Positions 1 through 10,600 of a stretch of 44,235 nt of DNA are shown piece after piece; position 1 is the first letter of the stretch, and each line of letters opens with the position of its first letter. The notes under the pieces were generated by a model. That model did no database searches. It was not told the DNA's origin and worked only from the letters and a program-made list of their open reading frames with translations. Source of the stretch: an uncultured Microbacteriaceae bacterium (GTDB lineage: Bacteria; Actinomycetota; Actinomycetes; Actinomycetales; Microbacteriaceae); contig CAIWRM010000190.1 in assembly GCA_903915075.1 (NCBI GenBank), forward strand, positions 1 to 44,235, written 5' to 3'. The position numbers were made by a program, and so were the translations under genes.

Positions 1-69
1 GAGGCGGCGGCGCGAACGGTGGACCTCATCGGCGAGGCACTCACCGAATCGCTCAGGTCGGCATCGTAG
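1..69 (+). CDS. murG: 3' end of an upstream dcw-cluster gene, probably MurG (5' part lies outside the window)
   Basis: Frame +1 is open from the window edge to TAG 67-69 (EAAARTVDLIGEALTESLRSAS*). It lies 48 nt upstream of murC, matching the conserved murG-murC order. The fragment is too short for motif-level identification. Confidence 0.4.
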   Translation, partial: EAAARTVDLIGEALTESLRSAS

Positions 70-117
70 GTTAGTGGTAGCTCTCGCGCCCCGCGAGATT
101 CCGAGAGGTGAAGAACA

Positions 118-1527
118 GTGATTGAGCCCGATCACTCGGTGTTTATGCCGGAGAATGTGGCAGCTGCCCATTTTGTGGGCGCTGGCGGTTCCGGCATGAA
201 CTCTCTTGCTCACATGTTTCTGGACCGGGGAATCGTTGTCACGGGCTCAGACGTTCGCCCGTCGTCGGCTGTGGACTCGCTGCGTTCTCGGGGAGCTCAG
301 GTTCACGTCGGCCACGATGCCGATCACGTGGGCGATGTGGACGTCCTTGTCTATACCGGCGCACTCTGGGCAGACAACCCCGAATACCATGCGGCTCTTG
401 AACGCGGAATTCCCGTGCGGCATCGATCGCGGGCCTTGGAATGGATTGTGCGGGGTCAGCGACTCATCTCCATTGCCGGCGCGCACGGAAAAACAACATC
501 TACGGGAATGGCGGTGACCGCCCTCCTCGAACTCGGCGAGTCACCGACATTCGTCAACGGCGGTGTTATCCAGGCCATGGGGCGCAGTGCCGCTTGGGGA
601 ACGGGTGAGCTCGCGGTTATCGAGGCCGATGAGTCGGACGGCACCCTGGTGGACTACGACACGGCCGTCGCGCTGATTACCAACGTCGACCCCGACCATC
701 TCGACCATTACGGGTCCCGCGAGGCCTTTGACCAGATCTTCGTGGACTTTGCCAACGGCGCGTCAGAACGGGCCATCCTGTCTGCCGACGATGCGGGGAC
801 GCGTGCCATACGCGGTCGAATAACGTCCCCCGTCACCACATTTGGGGAGGCCGAAGACGCGGATGTGCGCATGACGAATCTCTCGACCGCCGGGGGACTC
901 GCGGCCTGCACGCTGACATGGCGAGGCGCCAGCTACCCGCTCACGCTTGCGCTGCCGGGTGCGCACAACGCGACAAACGCCGCGGGCGTGTTTGCTGCAC
1001 TGGTTGAGCTCGGGTTTTCTCCCGAACGGGTGATTGCCGGCTTGGAATCGTTTGGCGGAACGGAACGCCGCTTTGAGCTCCACGGTGACGTGGGAGGCGT
1101 TCGTGTCTACGACGACTATGCACATCACCACACCGAGGTCGAAGCGGTGCTGACCGCCGCGCGCACTGTGGTGGGGTCTGGGCGCATCATTGCGGTCCAC
1201 CAGCCCCATCTCTTCAGTCGGACACGCATGTTTGCGGGCGAGTTCGCACAGACTCTCGAGCGCGACGCCGACCTCACCGTGGTGCTCGACGTATACGGCG
1301 CACGCGAGGATCCCGAGCCCGGGGTCACGGGCGAGCTGGTGAGCTCGCGATTCACCAATTCCGAGATGGTCGCTTTCGTGCCCGATTGGCAGGAAGCGGC
1401 AGATCACATCGCCAGAATTGCTCGGCCGGGAGATTTTGTCATCACGCTGGGCTGCGGGGATGTGTATCGGATTGTCCCCACGATTCTCGGGGCCCTCGAA
1501 CGCCACGGCACGGCATCGCGGCCGTGA
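118..1527 (+). CDS. murC: UDP-N-acetylmuramate--L-alanine ligase
   Basis: 469-codon ORF with GTG 118 preceded by GAGAGG. It has the N-terminal nucleotide loop GAGGSGMN and the Mur-ligase P-loop GAHGKTTST. It is the first gene of a murC-ftsQ-ftsZ run. Confidence 0.95.
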   Translation: MIEPDHSVFMPENVAAAHFVGAGGSGMNSLAHMFLDRGIVVTGSDVRPSSAVDSLRSRGAQVHVGHDADHVGDVDVLVYTGALWADNPEYHAALERGIPVRHRSRALEWIVRGQRLISIAGAHGKTTSTGMAVTALLELGESPTFVNGGVIQAMGRSAAWGTGELAVIEADESDGTLVDYDTAVALITNVDPDHLDHYGSREAFDQIFVDFANGASERAILSADDAGTRAIRGRITSPVTTFGEAEDADVRMTNLSTAGGLAACTLTWRGASYPLTLALPGAHNATNAAGVFAALVELGFSPERVIAGLESFGGTERRFELHGDVGGVRVYDDYAHHHTEVEAVLTAARTVVGSGRIIAVHQPHLFSRTRMFAGEFAQTLERDADLTVVLDVYGAREDPEPGVTGELVSSRFTNSEMVAFVPDWQEAADHIARIARPGDFVITLGCGDVYRIVPTILGALERHGTASRP

Positions 1528-2471
1528 AACGTCCGAGTTCCCGCGCGGATTCGACACGTCCGCTCACGCCGCGTGCGGCTACCCCACGCGCACCTGCCCC
1601 AGAGCCGCCCGCCCGGAACTCAGCGAATCTGCGAGAGAGTCGCGTGGACCCTTCGCGCCAGAAGGCACGTCGGGGTCGACCGTCGCGACCCGAGAGCGAG
1701 GCCACTCGTGCGCGCCGTGAGATGCGGGCAGCAATTGCCGCAAGAAAAACGGCCGAACGCAACGAGATTCGACGCTTTACCGCACACGTGCGTCGTCGAC
1801 GTCAGGCAGCACTCGCGATTGTGGCGTCGGCGGTCGGCCTCGCCGTTTTTGTCGCCGTCGGCACTTTTAGTCCCATCTTGGCGTTGCGCACCGTCACGGT
1901 TGACGGCACGGAACGCGTTGACCCCGTGCTCATCACCGAGGGTCTCGCTCCACAACTCGGCAAGCCCCTTCCCCTGGTCGACGCCAATGCCGTTCGTGAC
2001 GTGATAGCGCTGCAACCGCTGGTTAAGAGCTTCGCCATTGAAGCAAAGCCACCCCACGAACTCGTGATTCACATTTCTGAAAGAGTTCCCGCGGGATACC
2101 TCAGTGGCAAATCTGGTTTCACTCTTGTTGACCCGGCCGGCGTCACCATCGAGAAGTCTCGTGAACGCACCCTGCCCCTTCCGCTTATTGACGTGAAGGG
2201 AGCGTCGCCGACGGCACAGGGGTTCCCCGCAGCGATGGCTGTGCTCAGCGCCCTCCCGGGAGACGTGAGGAGCCAGGTCGACCGCGTCGCGGCCTCAACG
2301 ACCGACGATGTCACGCTGTTCTTGAACCCCACGGGCTCACGCGTGATTTGGGGCGGGCCGGAAAACGCGGCTCTGAAGGCTCGCGTGTTGAGCGCGCTGA
2401 TTGCCAACTACCCCTTGGGATCGGTCACCACGTACGACGTCTCAGCCCCCAATTCGGCCGTGGTCTCGTAA
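1524..2471 (+). CDS. ftsQ: Cell division protein FtsQ (long Arg/Pro-rich cytoplasmic tail, one TM segment, POTRA-type periplasmic part)
   Basis: The frame is open from 1386, but that part overlaps murC. GTG 1524 overlaps the murC TGA (GTGA), a typical translational coupling. TM segment [20 protein letters not shown] is followed by [12 protein letters not shown]. The gene sits between murC and ftsZ. ATG 1722 is an alternative start. Confidence 0.85.
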   Translation: MKRPSSRADSTRPLTPRAATPRAPAPEPPARNSANLRESRVDPSRQKARRGRPSRPESEATRARREMRAAIAARKTAERNEIRRFTAHVRRRRQAALAIVASAVGLAVFVAVGTFSPILALRTVTVDGTERVDPVLITEGLAPQLGKPLPLVDANAVRDVIALQPLVKSFAIEAKPPHELVIHISERVPAGYLSGKSGFTLVDPAGVTIEKSRERTLPLPLIDVKGASPTAQGFPAAMAVLSALPGDVRSQVDRVAASTTDDVTLFLNPTGSRVIWGGPENAALKARVLSALIANYPLGSVTTYDVSAPNSAVVS

Positions 2472-2585
2472 GTCCGGCGTGTCGCGCGAACCTGCGGAGG
2501 CGACGCGTTTACTCTCAAGACAAGTAATTGACTACTCAGCATAACTTTAAGGTTCTACTTGAAGTTAAGAGTCTCGGAGGCCGTG
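2472..2585 (+). promoter_or_regulatory. ftsQ-ftsZ intergenic region, likely ftsZ promoter/leader
   Basis: 114-nt spacer containing the most AT-rich stretch in this part of the window (caagtaattgactactcagcataactttaaggttctacttgaagttaag). It includes a TTGACT hexamer and ends in GGAGG at 2576-2580. ftsZ promoters lie in this spacer in other Actinobacteria. No exact -10/-35 pair could be fixed. Confidence 0.35.
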
Positions 2586-3818
2586 ATGGCAAATAGCAAA
2601 GCGTACTCGGCAACGGGCGCGAGCAGTCACTACTTCGCCGTGATCAAGGTAGTCGGTGTCGGCGGTGGGGGAGCGAACGCTGTCAACCGCATGATCGATC
2701 TCGGGCTCAAGGGCGTTGAGTACATTGCCATCAACACGGATGCGCAAGACCTCCTCCTGAGCGATGCCGACGTGAAGCTCGACGTGGGTCGTGAACTGAC
2801 CCGCGGGCTGGGTGCTGGGGCTGACCCGGAGGTCGGCCGAAAAGCCGCCGAAGATCACGCTGACGAGATTGAGCAGGCGCTGGCTGGGGCTGACATGGTC
2901 TTTGTGACGGCCGGCGAAGGGGGCGGGACCGGAACGGGCGGCGCTCCCGTGGTCGCCAAGATTGCGAAGTCAATCGGGGCGCTCACCATTGGCGTCGTGA
3001 CGAAGCCCTTCAAGTTCGAAGGCGCGCGCCGCGCCGCTCAGGCCGAGCTCGGAGTGGCCGCACTGCGTGCCGAGGTTGATACGCTCATCGTCGTTCCGAA
3101 CGATCGTCTCCTCGAAATCAGCGACCGCAGTATCAGCGTGCAAGACGCCTTCGCTACCGCCGACCAGGTTCTCCTGGCGGGTGTGCAGGGAATCACCGAT
3201 TTGATCACCACGCCCGGACTCATCAACCTCGATTTTGCGGACGTGAAGTCAGTCATGCACGGCGCCGGCGCTGCCCTCATGGGGATAGGTTCGGCACGCG
3301 GGGCAGACCGAGCCATCAAGGCGGCTGAACTGGCTGTGGCATCGCCGCTCTTGGAAGCGTCCATTGACGGCGCACGTGGAGTCCTGATTTCCATCCAGGG
3401 TGGCTCGAACCTCGGAATCTTTGAGATCAACGATGCTGCTGAGCTCGTCCGCGAGTCGGTTCACCCCGAAGCAAACATCATTTTTGGCGCCGTTATTGAC
3501 GACACGTTGGGTGATGAGGTTCGCGTGACGGTGATTGCGGCGGGCTTCGATGGTGGCGAACCCACCAAGAAGCCATTCGTGGGTGTGCAAAAGAATGCGG
3601 AGGGCTTTGGCGACGAAGTTGCTCGCGACCTCTCGGCCCCCGTCGGTCGGTCGACATTTGATGACGACCCGTTTGTCACGAGCTCGTCCAACATGTTCTC
3701 TGACGATGATTACGCGAGCGTGCTCAGCGCACCGGCCGCACCGTCGTATGTCTCCGTGGATGCGTCCTTTGTCGAAGATGACGGCGGCGACCTCGACGTG
3801 CCCGACTTCATCAAGTAG
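2586..3818 (+). CDS. ftsZ: Cell division GTPase FtsZ
   Basis: Tubulin signature [13 protein letters not shown] and N-terminal [18 protein letters not shown] 2586 lies 5 nt after GGAGG. The track ORF starts at TTG 2559, but that start lacks an RBS. The acidic C-terminal tail ends DLDVPDFIK. Confidence 0.97.
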   Translation: MANSKAYSATGASSHYFAVIKVVGVGGGGANAVNRMIDLGLKGVEYIAINTDAQDLLLSDADVKLDVGRELTRGLGAGADPEVGRKAAEDHADEIEQALAGADMVFVTAGEGGGTGTGGAPVVAKIAKSIGALTIGVVTKPFKFEGARRAAQAELGVAALRAEVDTLIVVPNDRLLEISDRSISVQDAFATADQVLLAGVQGITDLITTPGLINLDFADVKSVMHGAGAALMGIGSARGADRAIKAAELAVASPLLEASIDGARGVLISIQGGSNLGIFEINDAAELVRESVHPEANIIFGAVIDDTLGDEVRVTVIAAGFDGGEPTKKPFVGVQKNAEGFGDEVARDLSAPVGRSTFDDDPFVTSSSNMFSDDDYASVLSAPAAPSYVSVDASFVEDDGGDLDVPDFIK

Positions 3819-3821
3819 GCC

Positions 3822-4526
3822 GTGTCAGCCGTTGATGAGGTAGCCCTGGCGGCCAGGCTTTCCTCCGTTCGCGAGAAAATTGCCGCTGCCTTGACATCCA
3901 ACGGTCGCGCTGTAGATGACGCGACCCTTATCGTTGTCACGAAGTTTCATTCCGCCGATGTGGTTCGTGCCCTTGTGGCGTGCGGTGTTCACGACGTTGG
4001 CGAGAACAAGCATCAGGAGGCGACCGCCAAGTATGACGAGTGTGCGGGGCTTGGCGTCAACTGGCACTTCATCGGCCAACTGCAGTCGAACAAGGCGGTC
4101 GCCGTGCGCCGGTACGCTCACGCCGTTCACTCTGTCGATCGAGCATCACTCGTTACGGCACTCGATCGTGCGGGGGACAACGCACCCGAGACGAAAACAC
4201 TCGAGTGTTTCCTGCAGATCAATCTCACCGACGATCCCGCACGCGGCGGTGCGTCCTGGGCGGACATTCCGGCCATGTCTGAGATGTTGCTCCAAGCTCG
4301 CACCCTAACTTTCGCCGGCGTCATGGCCGTTGCTCCTCTCGGCGTCGACCCGCGGGAGGCATTCGAACAAGTTGCGCGTGCGTCCGAACTCGTGCGCACG
4401 ATTGCGCCTCAGGCCCACGCAATCAGCGCCGGAATGTCCCACGACTTTGAGGCCGCAATTGAGGCCGGTGCGACACACCTTCGAATTGGTTCGCAAATCA
4501 CGGGAAAACGGCCGGCGCCCGGTTAA
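3822..4526 (+). CDS. yggS: YggS/YlmE-family pyridoxal-phosphate homeostasis protein
   Basis: 234 codons with a typical YggS pattern (LIVVTKFHS carrying the PLP lysine, HFIGQLQSNK, LRIGSQITG). It occupies the conserved slot between ftsZ and sepF. GTG 3822 lies 3 nt after the ftsZ stop. Confidence 0.85.
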   Translation: MSAVDEVALAARLSSVREKIAAALTSNGRAVDDATLIVVTKFHSADVVRALVACGVHDVGENKHQEATAKYDECAGLGVNWHFIGQLQSNKAVAVRRYAHAVHSVDRASLVTALDRAGDNAPETKTLECFLQINLTDDPARGGASWADIPAMSEMLLQARTLTFAGVMAVAPLGVDPREAFEQVARASELVRTIAPQAHAISAGMSHDFEAAIEAGATHLRIGSQITGKRPAPG

Positions 4527-4562
4527 CCTCAAGGAACAAGGCTTTTTTTCGGGAGGTTCACA

Positions 4563-5021
4563 GTGTCAAATCCAATCAAGAAAGCGGCCATTTTCCTTGG
4601 TCTCGCTGAAGATCAGGACGTCGAGTACGCAAACGAGACGGCCGCCATTCCCACATCTGCAGTGCCGTCCTCGAGCCGCGCATCGGTGACCCCCCTGTCG
4701 CCGCGCCGCAACTCTGGGCGACAGACGTCTGTGAGCGACATGAACGAGATCGTGACCGTTCACCCGCAACAGTATTCAGATGCCCGAACGGTGGCCGAAA
4801 GCTTCCGCGAGGGAGTTCCGGTCATCATGAACCTGAGCCAGATGCCAGAAGAGGACGCCCGTCGCCTCATTGATTTTGCGAGCGGTCTCACGCTCGGGCT
4901 GCACGGTCGAATCGAGAAGGTGACCAGCAAGGTGTTCCTGCTCTCGCCTGTTCACGTGTCCGTTTCGGGTGAAGCCGCCGCAAATACGGCAGAAGTAGAC
5001 AACACGTTCTTCGCCGGCTAA
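4563..5021 (+). CDS. sepF: Cell division protein SepF
   Basis: 152 codons. N-terminal amphipathic helix ([10 protein letters not shown]) and C-terminal SepF core ([21 protein letters not shown]...FLLSP). GTG 4563 is preceded by GGGAGG. Confidence 0.9.
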   Translation: MSNPIKKAAIFLGLAEDQDVEYANETAAIPTSAVPSSSRASVTPLSPRRNSGRQTSVSDMNEIVTVHPQQYSDARTVAESFREGVPVIMNLSQMPEEDARRLIDFASGLTLGLHGRIEKVTSKVFLLSPVHVSVSGEAAANTAEVDNTFFAG

Positions 5022-5097
5022 GTCTTCCCTACGACGTCTCCGTCGGTGAGACCCGTGCTTCGCGCGAACGCCCAGCATCTGTCCCGGAAGGTTTATC

Positions 5098-5394
5098 GTG
5101 ATTCTCAACATTCTGCTGAGCGTTGTTTACTACGCACTCGTCGTCTTCGTGGTCTGCATGTGGATTCGATTCCTTGTTGATCTTGTCCGGACCTTGCGGC
5201 GGGATTGGCGGCCGAGAGGTTTTCTTCTCGTTCTCTTGAGCATCGTCCTTGGGATTACAGACCCTCCGCTCAAATTTACTCGTCGCTTCATCAAGCCGGT
5301 TCGTCTCGGTGCTGTGGCCATCGACTTCGCGTGGACGGTCGTCTTGCTTGCTGCGGTCATCTTGATGTACATCGTCGGTTCCATTCGCGTTTAG
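5098..5394 (+). CDS. yggT: YggT/YlmG-family small membrane protein
   Basis: 98 codons with two hydrophobic segments. It holds the conserved position between sepF and divIVA. Confidence 0.85.
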   Translation: MILNILLSVVYYALVVFVVCMWIRFLVDLVRTLRRDWRPRGFLLVLLSIVLGITDPPLKFTRRFIKPVRLGAVAIDFAWTVVLLAAVILMYIVGSIRV

Positions 5395-5500
5395 CCCACT
5401 CTGCGGGCTTTTGCGGGTTTTCCTCCTCTCGGGTTTGGTAGCGTAGGGATGGGTTTTAGGCGTCGCACCGTCGCCACACGAGTATCGAGGAAGGCATGAC

Positions 5501-6082
5501 ATGGCTCTCACGCCAGAAGATGTCGTAAACAAGCGGTTTCAGCCGACGAAGTTTCGCGAGGGATACGACCAAGACGAGGTCGATGACTTTCTGGACGAGA
5601 TCGTCATCGAGCTTCGACGCCTCAACCTCGAGAATGATGACCTGAAGCACCAGCTGGCTGCCGCTGAGGCGCGTCTTGCCGGTGGCAAAGCCGCCACGGG
5701 TCCCGCGCCGGATGTGCGCAGCTTTCCCACCGCTCAGGCTCCGCAACCCATGCAGCCACTCGTTGTTCCCCCGGGCCCGGAGGGCGCGTCGTCAAACGAC
5801 ATGCTGCAGTTGGCGCGTCGCCTGCACGAAGAGCATGTCCGTGAGGGTATTGAAAAGCGGGACGCCCTCATTGCCGAGGGTCACGCTGCAGCAGCTCGAA
5901 TCCTGGCCGATGCCGAAGCGAGCGGAAAGCAGCTGGCTGCCAACGCCGAGGTCGAACGCTCAGCGCTCGAGCAGCGCGTTGCCGGATTGCGTGCCTTCGA
6001 GGCCGAGTACCGGGCACGTTTGCGCGCCTACATCGAGGGTCAGCTCAGCGACCTCACCACGACTGCTATTGAGCCGGCCTAG
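5501..6082 (+). CDS. divIVA: DivIVA-domain polar growth/cell division protein (Wag31-like)
   Basis: Canonical N-terminus MALTPEDVVNKRFQPTKFREGYDQDEVDDFLDEI followed by coiled-coil sequence. RBS GAGGAAGG lies upstream. Confidence 0.92.
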   Translation: MALTPEDVVNKRFQPTKFREGYDQDEVDDFLDEIVIELRRLNLENDDLKHQLAAAEARLAGGKAATGPAPDVRSFPTAQAPQPMQPLVVPPGPEGASSNDMLQLARRLHEEHVREGIEKRDALIAEGHAAAARILADAEASGKQLAANAEVERSALEQRVAGLRAFEAEYRARLRAYIEGQLSDLTTTAIEPA

Positions 6083-6083
6083 G

Positions 6084-6641
6084 TTGGCAGCCCCGCAACC
6101 AACCACGCGTTCCGGTAAGCCTTCGCTGAGATTTATCGGAGTATTGCTGGCCATCGCTGCCGGCTGGGTGGCGATCGACCAAGTATCCAAAGCCATCGTG
6201 GTGTCCGTCATGACGGAAGGCGAGGCGGTGCCGATTTGGGGCAACGTGCTGATTTTTGAGTTCGTGCGCAACCCCGGAGCCGCTTTCTCGTTTGCCAGCG
6301 GGGCAACGTGGATTTTTTCGCTACTCGCCGCCGGGGTCTCGGTCGTCATCCTGTGGATTGCGCGCCGACTCAAGTCCGTCGGTTGGGCCGTTGCCCTCGG
6401 GTTGCTTCTCGGCGGAACGTTGGGCAACCTGATCGACCGGCTGTTTCGGGAGCCCGGATTCGGAATTGGCGAGGTCATTGATTTCATTAACCTTCCGTGG
6501 CTCATGCCCGCAATCTTTAACTTCGCCGACATCGGCATCACGGCCAGCGTTGTCGTTTTTGTTTTTCTTGTCTTGACGGGACGGAACGTTGATGGCACGC
6601 GGGGTCCACGAGAGAAGAAGAGTCCGCAGGCCACGCCATGA
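6084..6641 (+). CDS. lspA: Lipoprotein signal peptidase II
   Basis: The track ORF starts at 5676 but overlaps divIVA. The first in-frame start after the divIVA TAG is TTG 6084. It is a multi-TM protein with LspA motifs NPGAAFS, GNLIDR and FNFADIGI. The start is only moderately certain. Confidence 0.85.
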   Translation: MAAPQPTTRSGKPSLRFIGVLLAIAAGWVAIDQVSKAIVVSVMTEGEAVPIWGNVLIFEFVRNPGAAFSFASGATWIFSLLAAGVSVVILWIARRLKSVGWAVALGLLLGGTLGNLIDRLFREPGFGIGEVIDFINLPWLMPAIFNFADIGITASVVVFVFLVLTGRNVDGTRGPREKKSPQATP

Positions 6642-7558
6642 GCGAGGTTCGCAACTCACACATTCCCGAGGGCCTCGACGGCATGCGTCTCGACGCAGCC
6701 ATGGCGAAGATGTTTGGATTCTCGCGCAATATGTCGGCGGACATTATCGAGGCCGGGGGAGTGAGCCTGGCAAACCGCCCGGCAACCAAGTCGGATCGCG
6801 TTCAGGCGGGAAAGCCCATTCGTGTCGAGTGGAGCCCCAAGGAACCGGTTCGCGTGGTCGACACTCCGGTGGAGAACCTCGGCATCGTATTTGACGACGA
6901 CGACATTGTTGTTATCGACAAGCCCGCGGGCGTTGCTGCGCATCCTTCGGTGGGTTGGAGTGGCCCCACTGTCTTGGGCGCCTTGTCCGCCGCGGGTTAC
7001 CAGTTGTCTGTGCTGGGCGCCGCCGAGAGGACCGGAATCGTGCACCGTCTGGATGCGGGCACGTCCGGTCTCATGGTGGTTGCCAAGAGCGAGACGGCGT
7101 ACACGTCTCTCAAGCGGGCGTTTCACGATCGCGAGGTGACCAAGATCTACCACGCGGTGGTTCAGGGACATCCCGATCCGTTGGCCGGCACCATTGACGC
7201 CCCCATTGGTCGTCATCCGAAGCACCAGTTCAAGTTCGCGATTACCAGCGACGGCAAGCCGTCCGTGACGCACTATGAGACCATTGAAGCTTTTCCGGCG
7301 GCCTCGTTGCTCGAGATTGTTCTCGAGACGGGTCGCACGCACCAGATTCGCGTGCACATGGCCGCGCAGCGCCATCCGTGTGTTGGCGACGGCATGTACG
7401 GAGCGGATCCGGTGCTTTCTGAGCGCTGCGGTCTCACGCGCCAGTGGCTTCACGCGTTGCGCTTAGGCTTCGACCACCCCACAACCGGGGAGGCCATGGA
7501 GTTTCAGAGCGAATATCCGTCGGATTTGTTGCACGCGCTGGATGTCCTCCGGGTCTAG
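6638..7558 (+). CDS. rluD: RluA/RluD-family 23S rRNA pseudouridine synthase
   Basis: S4-like N-terminus and catalytic motif [15 protein letters not shown], with C-terminal HQIRVH. ATG 6638 overlaps the lspA TGA (ATGA). Confidence 0.9.
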   Translation: MSEVRNSHIPEGLDGMRLDAAMAKMFGFSRNMSADIIEAGGVSLANRPATKSDRVQAGKPIRVEWSPKEPVRVVDTPVENLGIVFDDDDIVVIDKPAGVAAHPSVGWSGPTVLGALSAAGYQLSVLGAAERTGIVHRLDAGTSGLMVVAKSETAYTSLKRAFHDREVTKIYHAVVQGHPDPLAGTIDAPIGRHPKHQFKFAITSDGKPSVTHYETIEAFPAASLLEIVLETGRTHQIRVHMAAQRHPCVGDGMYGADPVLSERCGLTRQWLHALRLGFDHPTTGEAMEFQSEYPSDLLHALDVLRV

Positions 7559-7630
7559 TTGCCTTGCGCCTCGTAGGCTAGGAGGCCGGAGACATTCCTG
7601 TCCCCGTGAGGCCCCTGGGGAGTGTGTGAC

Positions 7631-10600
7631 GTGAGCAGTGAACGCGATTCGTTCGTTCACCTGCACGTGCACACCGAGTATTCGATGCTCGACGGTGCCG
7701 CTCGTGTCACACCCCTGGTTACCGCCGCGGCCGATATGAGGATGCCGGCGATTGCCATCACCGATCACGGCAATACCTTTGGCGCCTACGACTTTTGGCA
7801 AGCCGCCACATCGGCGGGAGTCAAGCCCATCATCGGCACGGAGGCGTATCTGACTCCGGGCACTCACCGCTCGGATAAGTCCCGTGTGCAATGGGGCAGT
7901 GGCGGTGAAGACGACGTGTCAGGCGGTGGTGCGTACACGCACATGACACTTCTGTCGTCATCCACCGAGGGCATGCACAACCTCTTCAAACTCTCGTCGC
8001 TGTCGTCGCTGGAGGGTTTCTACTTCAAGCCCCGCATGGATCGTGAGCTCTTGAGTCGGTATGCCAGCGGACTCATCGCCACCACGGGATGTCCCGGTGG
8101 AGAGATTCAGACGCGCCTGCGCCTCGGCCAGTACGACGCCGCGCGAGAAGCCGCCGCTGAGTTTCGTGACATCTTCGGTGCGGAGAACTTTTTTGTCGAG
8201 ATTATGGATCACGGTCTCGACATCGAACGGCGCGTGACGGCCGATCTGCTCCGCTTGGCTGCCGATCTCAGCCTGCCCCTCGTGGCCACAAACGACTTGC
8301 ACTACACGCACGCACACGATGCCGATGCTCACGCGGCTCTGCTGTGCGTTCAGTCCGCCTCAACGCTCGATGACCCCAAGCGCTTCAAGTTTGAATCGAA
8401 TGAGTTCTATCTCAAGTCTCCGGCCGAGATGCGTCATGTTTTCAAGGATTTTCCGGAGGCCTGCGACAACACCTTGCTGATCGCTGAGCGGTGTGAATCG
8501 GAGTTTGCGCACCGGGATCTCATGCCGCGTTTCCCCGTGCCCGAGGGAGAGACCGAAGCGTCGTGGTTCGCCAAGGAGGTCGAGGTCGGGCTCGCACGCC
8601 GGTTCCCCGATGGTGTGAGCGAGCAACACCGCGCACAGGCCGCCTACGAGGTGGACGTCATTACCAACATGGGCTTTCCCGGCTACTTTCTTGTCGTTTC
8701 CGACTTCATCGCGTGGGCCCGTCAGCAGGGCATCCGCGTGGGTCCGGGGCGTGGATCGGCAGCCGGGTCGCTCGCCTCATACGCGATGGGCATTACCGAA
8801 CTCGACCCCCTGCGCTACGGCCTGATCTTTGAGCGTTTCTTGAACCCGGACCGCGTCTCGCTTCCGGATGTGGACGTCGACTTTGACGATCGTCGTCGTG
8901 GCGAGGTTATTCGCTACGTGACAGAAAAGTATGGCGACGATCGGGTGGCCCAGATTGTGACCTTTGGCACGATCAAGGCCAAGCAGGCGCTCAAGGACTC
9001 GGCGCGTGTTCTGGGCATGCCCTATTCCGTGGGGGAGCGCCTGACCAAAGCGATGCCGCGCTCGATTATGGGCAAGGACATCACGCTGTCCGAGATTGTC
9101 GATCCCACGTCTGAACGCTACAAGGAAGCGAACGATTTTCGAGCTCTTCTGGATACCGATCCCGAGGCGCGCACCGTGTTCGACACGGCTACCGGTCTGG
9201 AAAACCTCAAGCGGCAGTGGGGAGTGCACGCGGCCGGCGTGATCATGTCGGCCGAGCCCTTGATGGAGATTGTGCCCATCATGATGCGCGACGATGGCGC
9301 CATCATTACGCAGTTTGACCAACCTCCCTGCGAGGCTCTGGGCCTTCTCAAGATGGACTTTCTCGGGCTTCGCAATCTCACGGTGATTGAAGACGCTCTG
9401 GCAAATATTGTGAATAACCGCGGCGAGACAGTGACGCCGGAAACGCTTGACCTCGATGCCGATCAGAACACGTATGACCTGCTGGGTCGCGGTGACACCC
9501 TCGGGGTGTTTCAGCTCGACGGTGGGCCCATGCGCGCGCTGCTCCGCCAGCTCAAACCCACCAACTTTGAAGACATTTCCGCGGTGATCGCTCTCTACCG
9601 CCCCGGCCCCATGGCCATGAACTCGCACACGAACTATGCGCTGCGAAAGAACAACCTCCAGGTGAGTGAGCCCATCCACCCCGAGCTCGAAGTTCCCCTC
9701 CAGGAAATTCTCGGCGGCACCTTCGGGCTCATCGTGTACCAAGAACAGGTGATGGCCGTCGCGCAAAAGGTGGCAGGCTTCACGCTCGGACAGGCCGATG
9801 TGTTGCGCCGCGCAATGGGCAAGAAGAAGAAGTCCGAACTCGACAAACTTCAGGCCGAGTTCGAAAGCGGCATGGCCGAACGCGGCTTTGGGGCGGCTGC
9901 CCAGAAGACGCTGTGGGACACGCTACTGCCCTTCGCCGACTACGCGTTCAACAAGGCACACTCTGCTGGCTACGGTGTTCTGAGCTACTGGACGGCCTAT
10001 CTGAAGGCAAACTACGCCCCCGAGTACATGGCCGCGCTGCTTACCAGCGTCGGCGACGCGAAAGACAAGTTGGGCTCCTATCTCTCGGAGTGCCGTCGAA
10101 TGGGGGTAAAGGTGCTCCCGCCCGACGTCAACGCTTCCGAAGGAATGTTTGCCGCCGTGGGGGGCGACATCAGATTTGGTCTTGGCGCCATTCGCAACGT
10201 GGGAGCAAATGTCGTCGAAGCGATCAAGGAGACGCGACGCGAAAAAGGTGCGTTCACGTCTTTCCACGACTTCATCAAGAAGGTTCCCCTTCAGGTGGCC
10301 AACCGCAAGACCGTGGAGTCGCTGATCAAAGCCGGTGCGTTTGACGGCCTGGGGCACACGCGGCGCGGTCTGATGGAAATCCACGAATCCGCCATTGACG
10401 AGGCCGCGAGCCTCAAGCGGAACGAAGCGAACGGAATGGTCGATCTGTTCGGCGACCTCTTCGACGAAGAATCTCCCGAACAGCGGGTGCCGGAGTCTCG
10501 CGAGTGGACCAAGCGCGACCTTTTGGCCTTTGAACGAGAGATGCTCGGACTCTACGTTTCTGATCATCCGCTCGCCGGCCTCGAAATTGAGCTTGCCAAA

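Noticed and set aside
1386-1523. Track-ORF 5' extensions overlapping the preceding gene: ftsQ from 1386, lspA from 5676, nrdR from 12261, M20 peptidase from 14474, glpK to 26872, NUDIX to 33027, and DUF3043 to 14913.
   Set aside because: In each case a start codon at or just after the upstream stop gives a product that begins at the conserved family N-terminus. These starts are often coupled as GTGA, ATGA or TGATG, or sit behind an SD. The extensions are compositionally aberrant.
4527-4562. T7 run (4543-4549) between yggS and sepF as a possible terminator.
   Set aside because: No stable stem precedes it; the best pairing is 3 bp. It lies directly upstream of the sepF RBS and is more likely just spacer.
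5395-5500. Repeated GCGGGCTTTT / GCGGGTTTT just after yggT, which at first glance looked like a terminator.
   Set aside because: The two copies are direct repeats, not inverted, so no hairpin can form. I saw no other structure.
7559-7630. PafBC-type promoter motif (TGTCRGTG-N8-TANNNT) in the intergenic regions of the window. The closest case is TGTCCCCGTG upstream of dnaE.
   Set aside because: It does not match the motif core, and there is no TANNNT at the right distance. None of the other spacers I scanned by eye (24001-24113, 26756-26883, 30148-30245, 33602-33699, 34468-34557) contains it.
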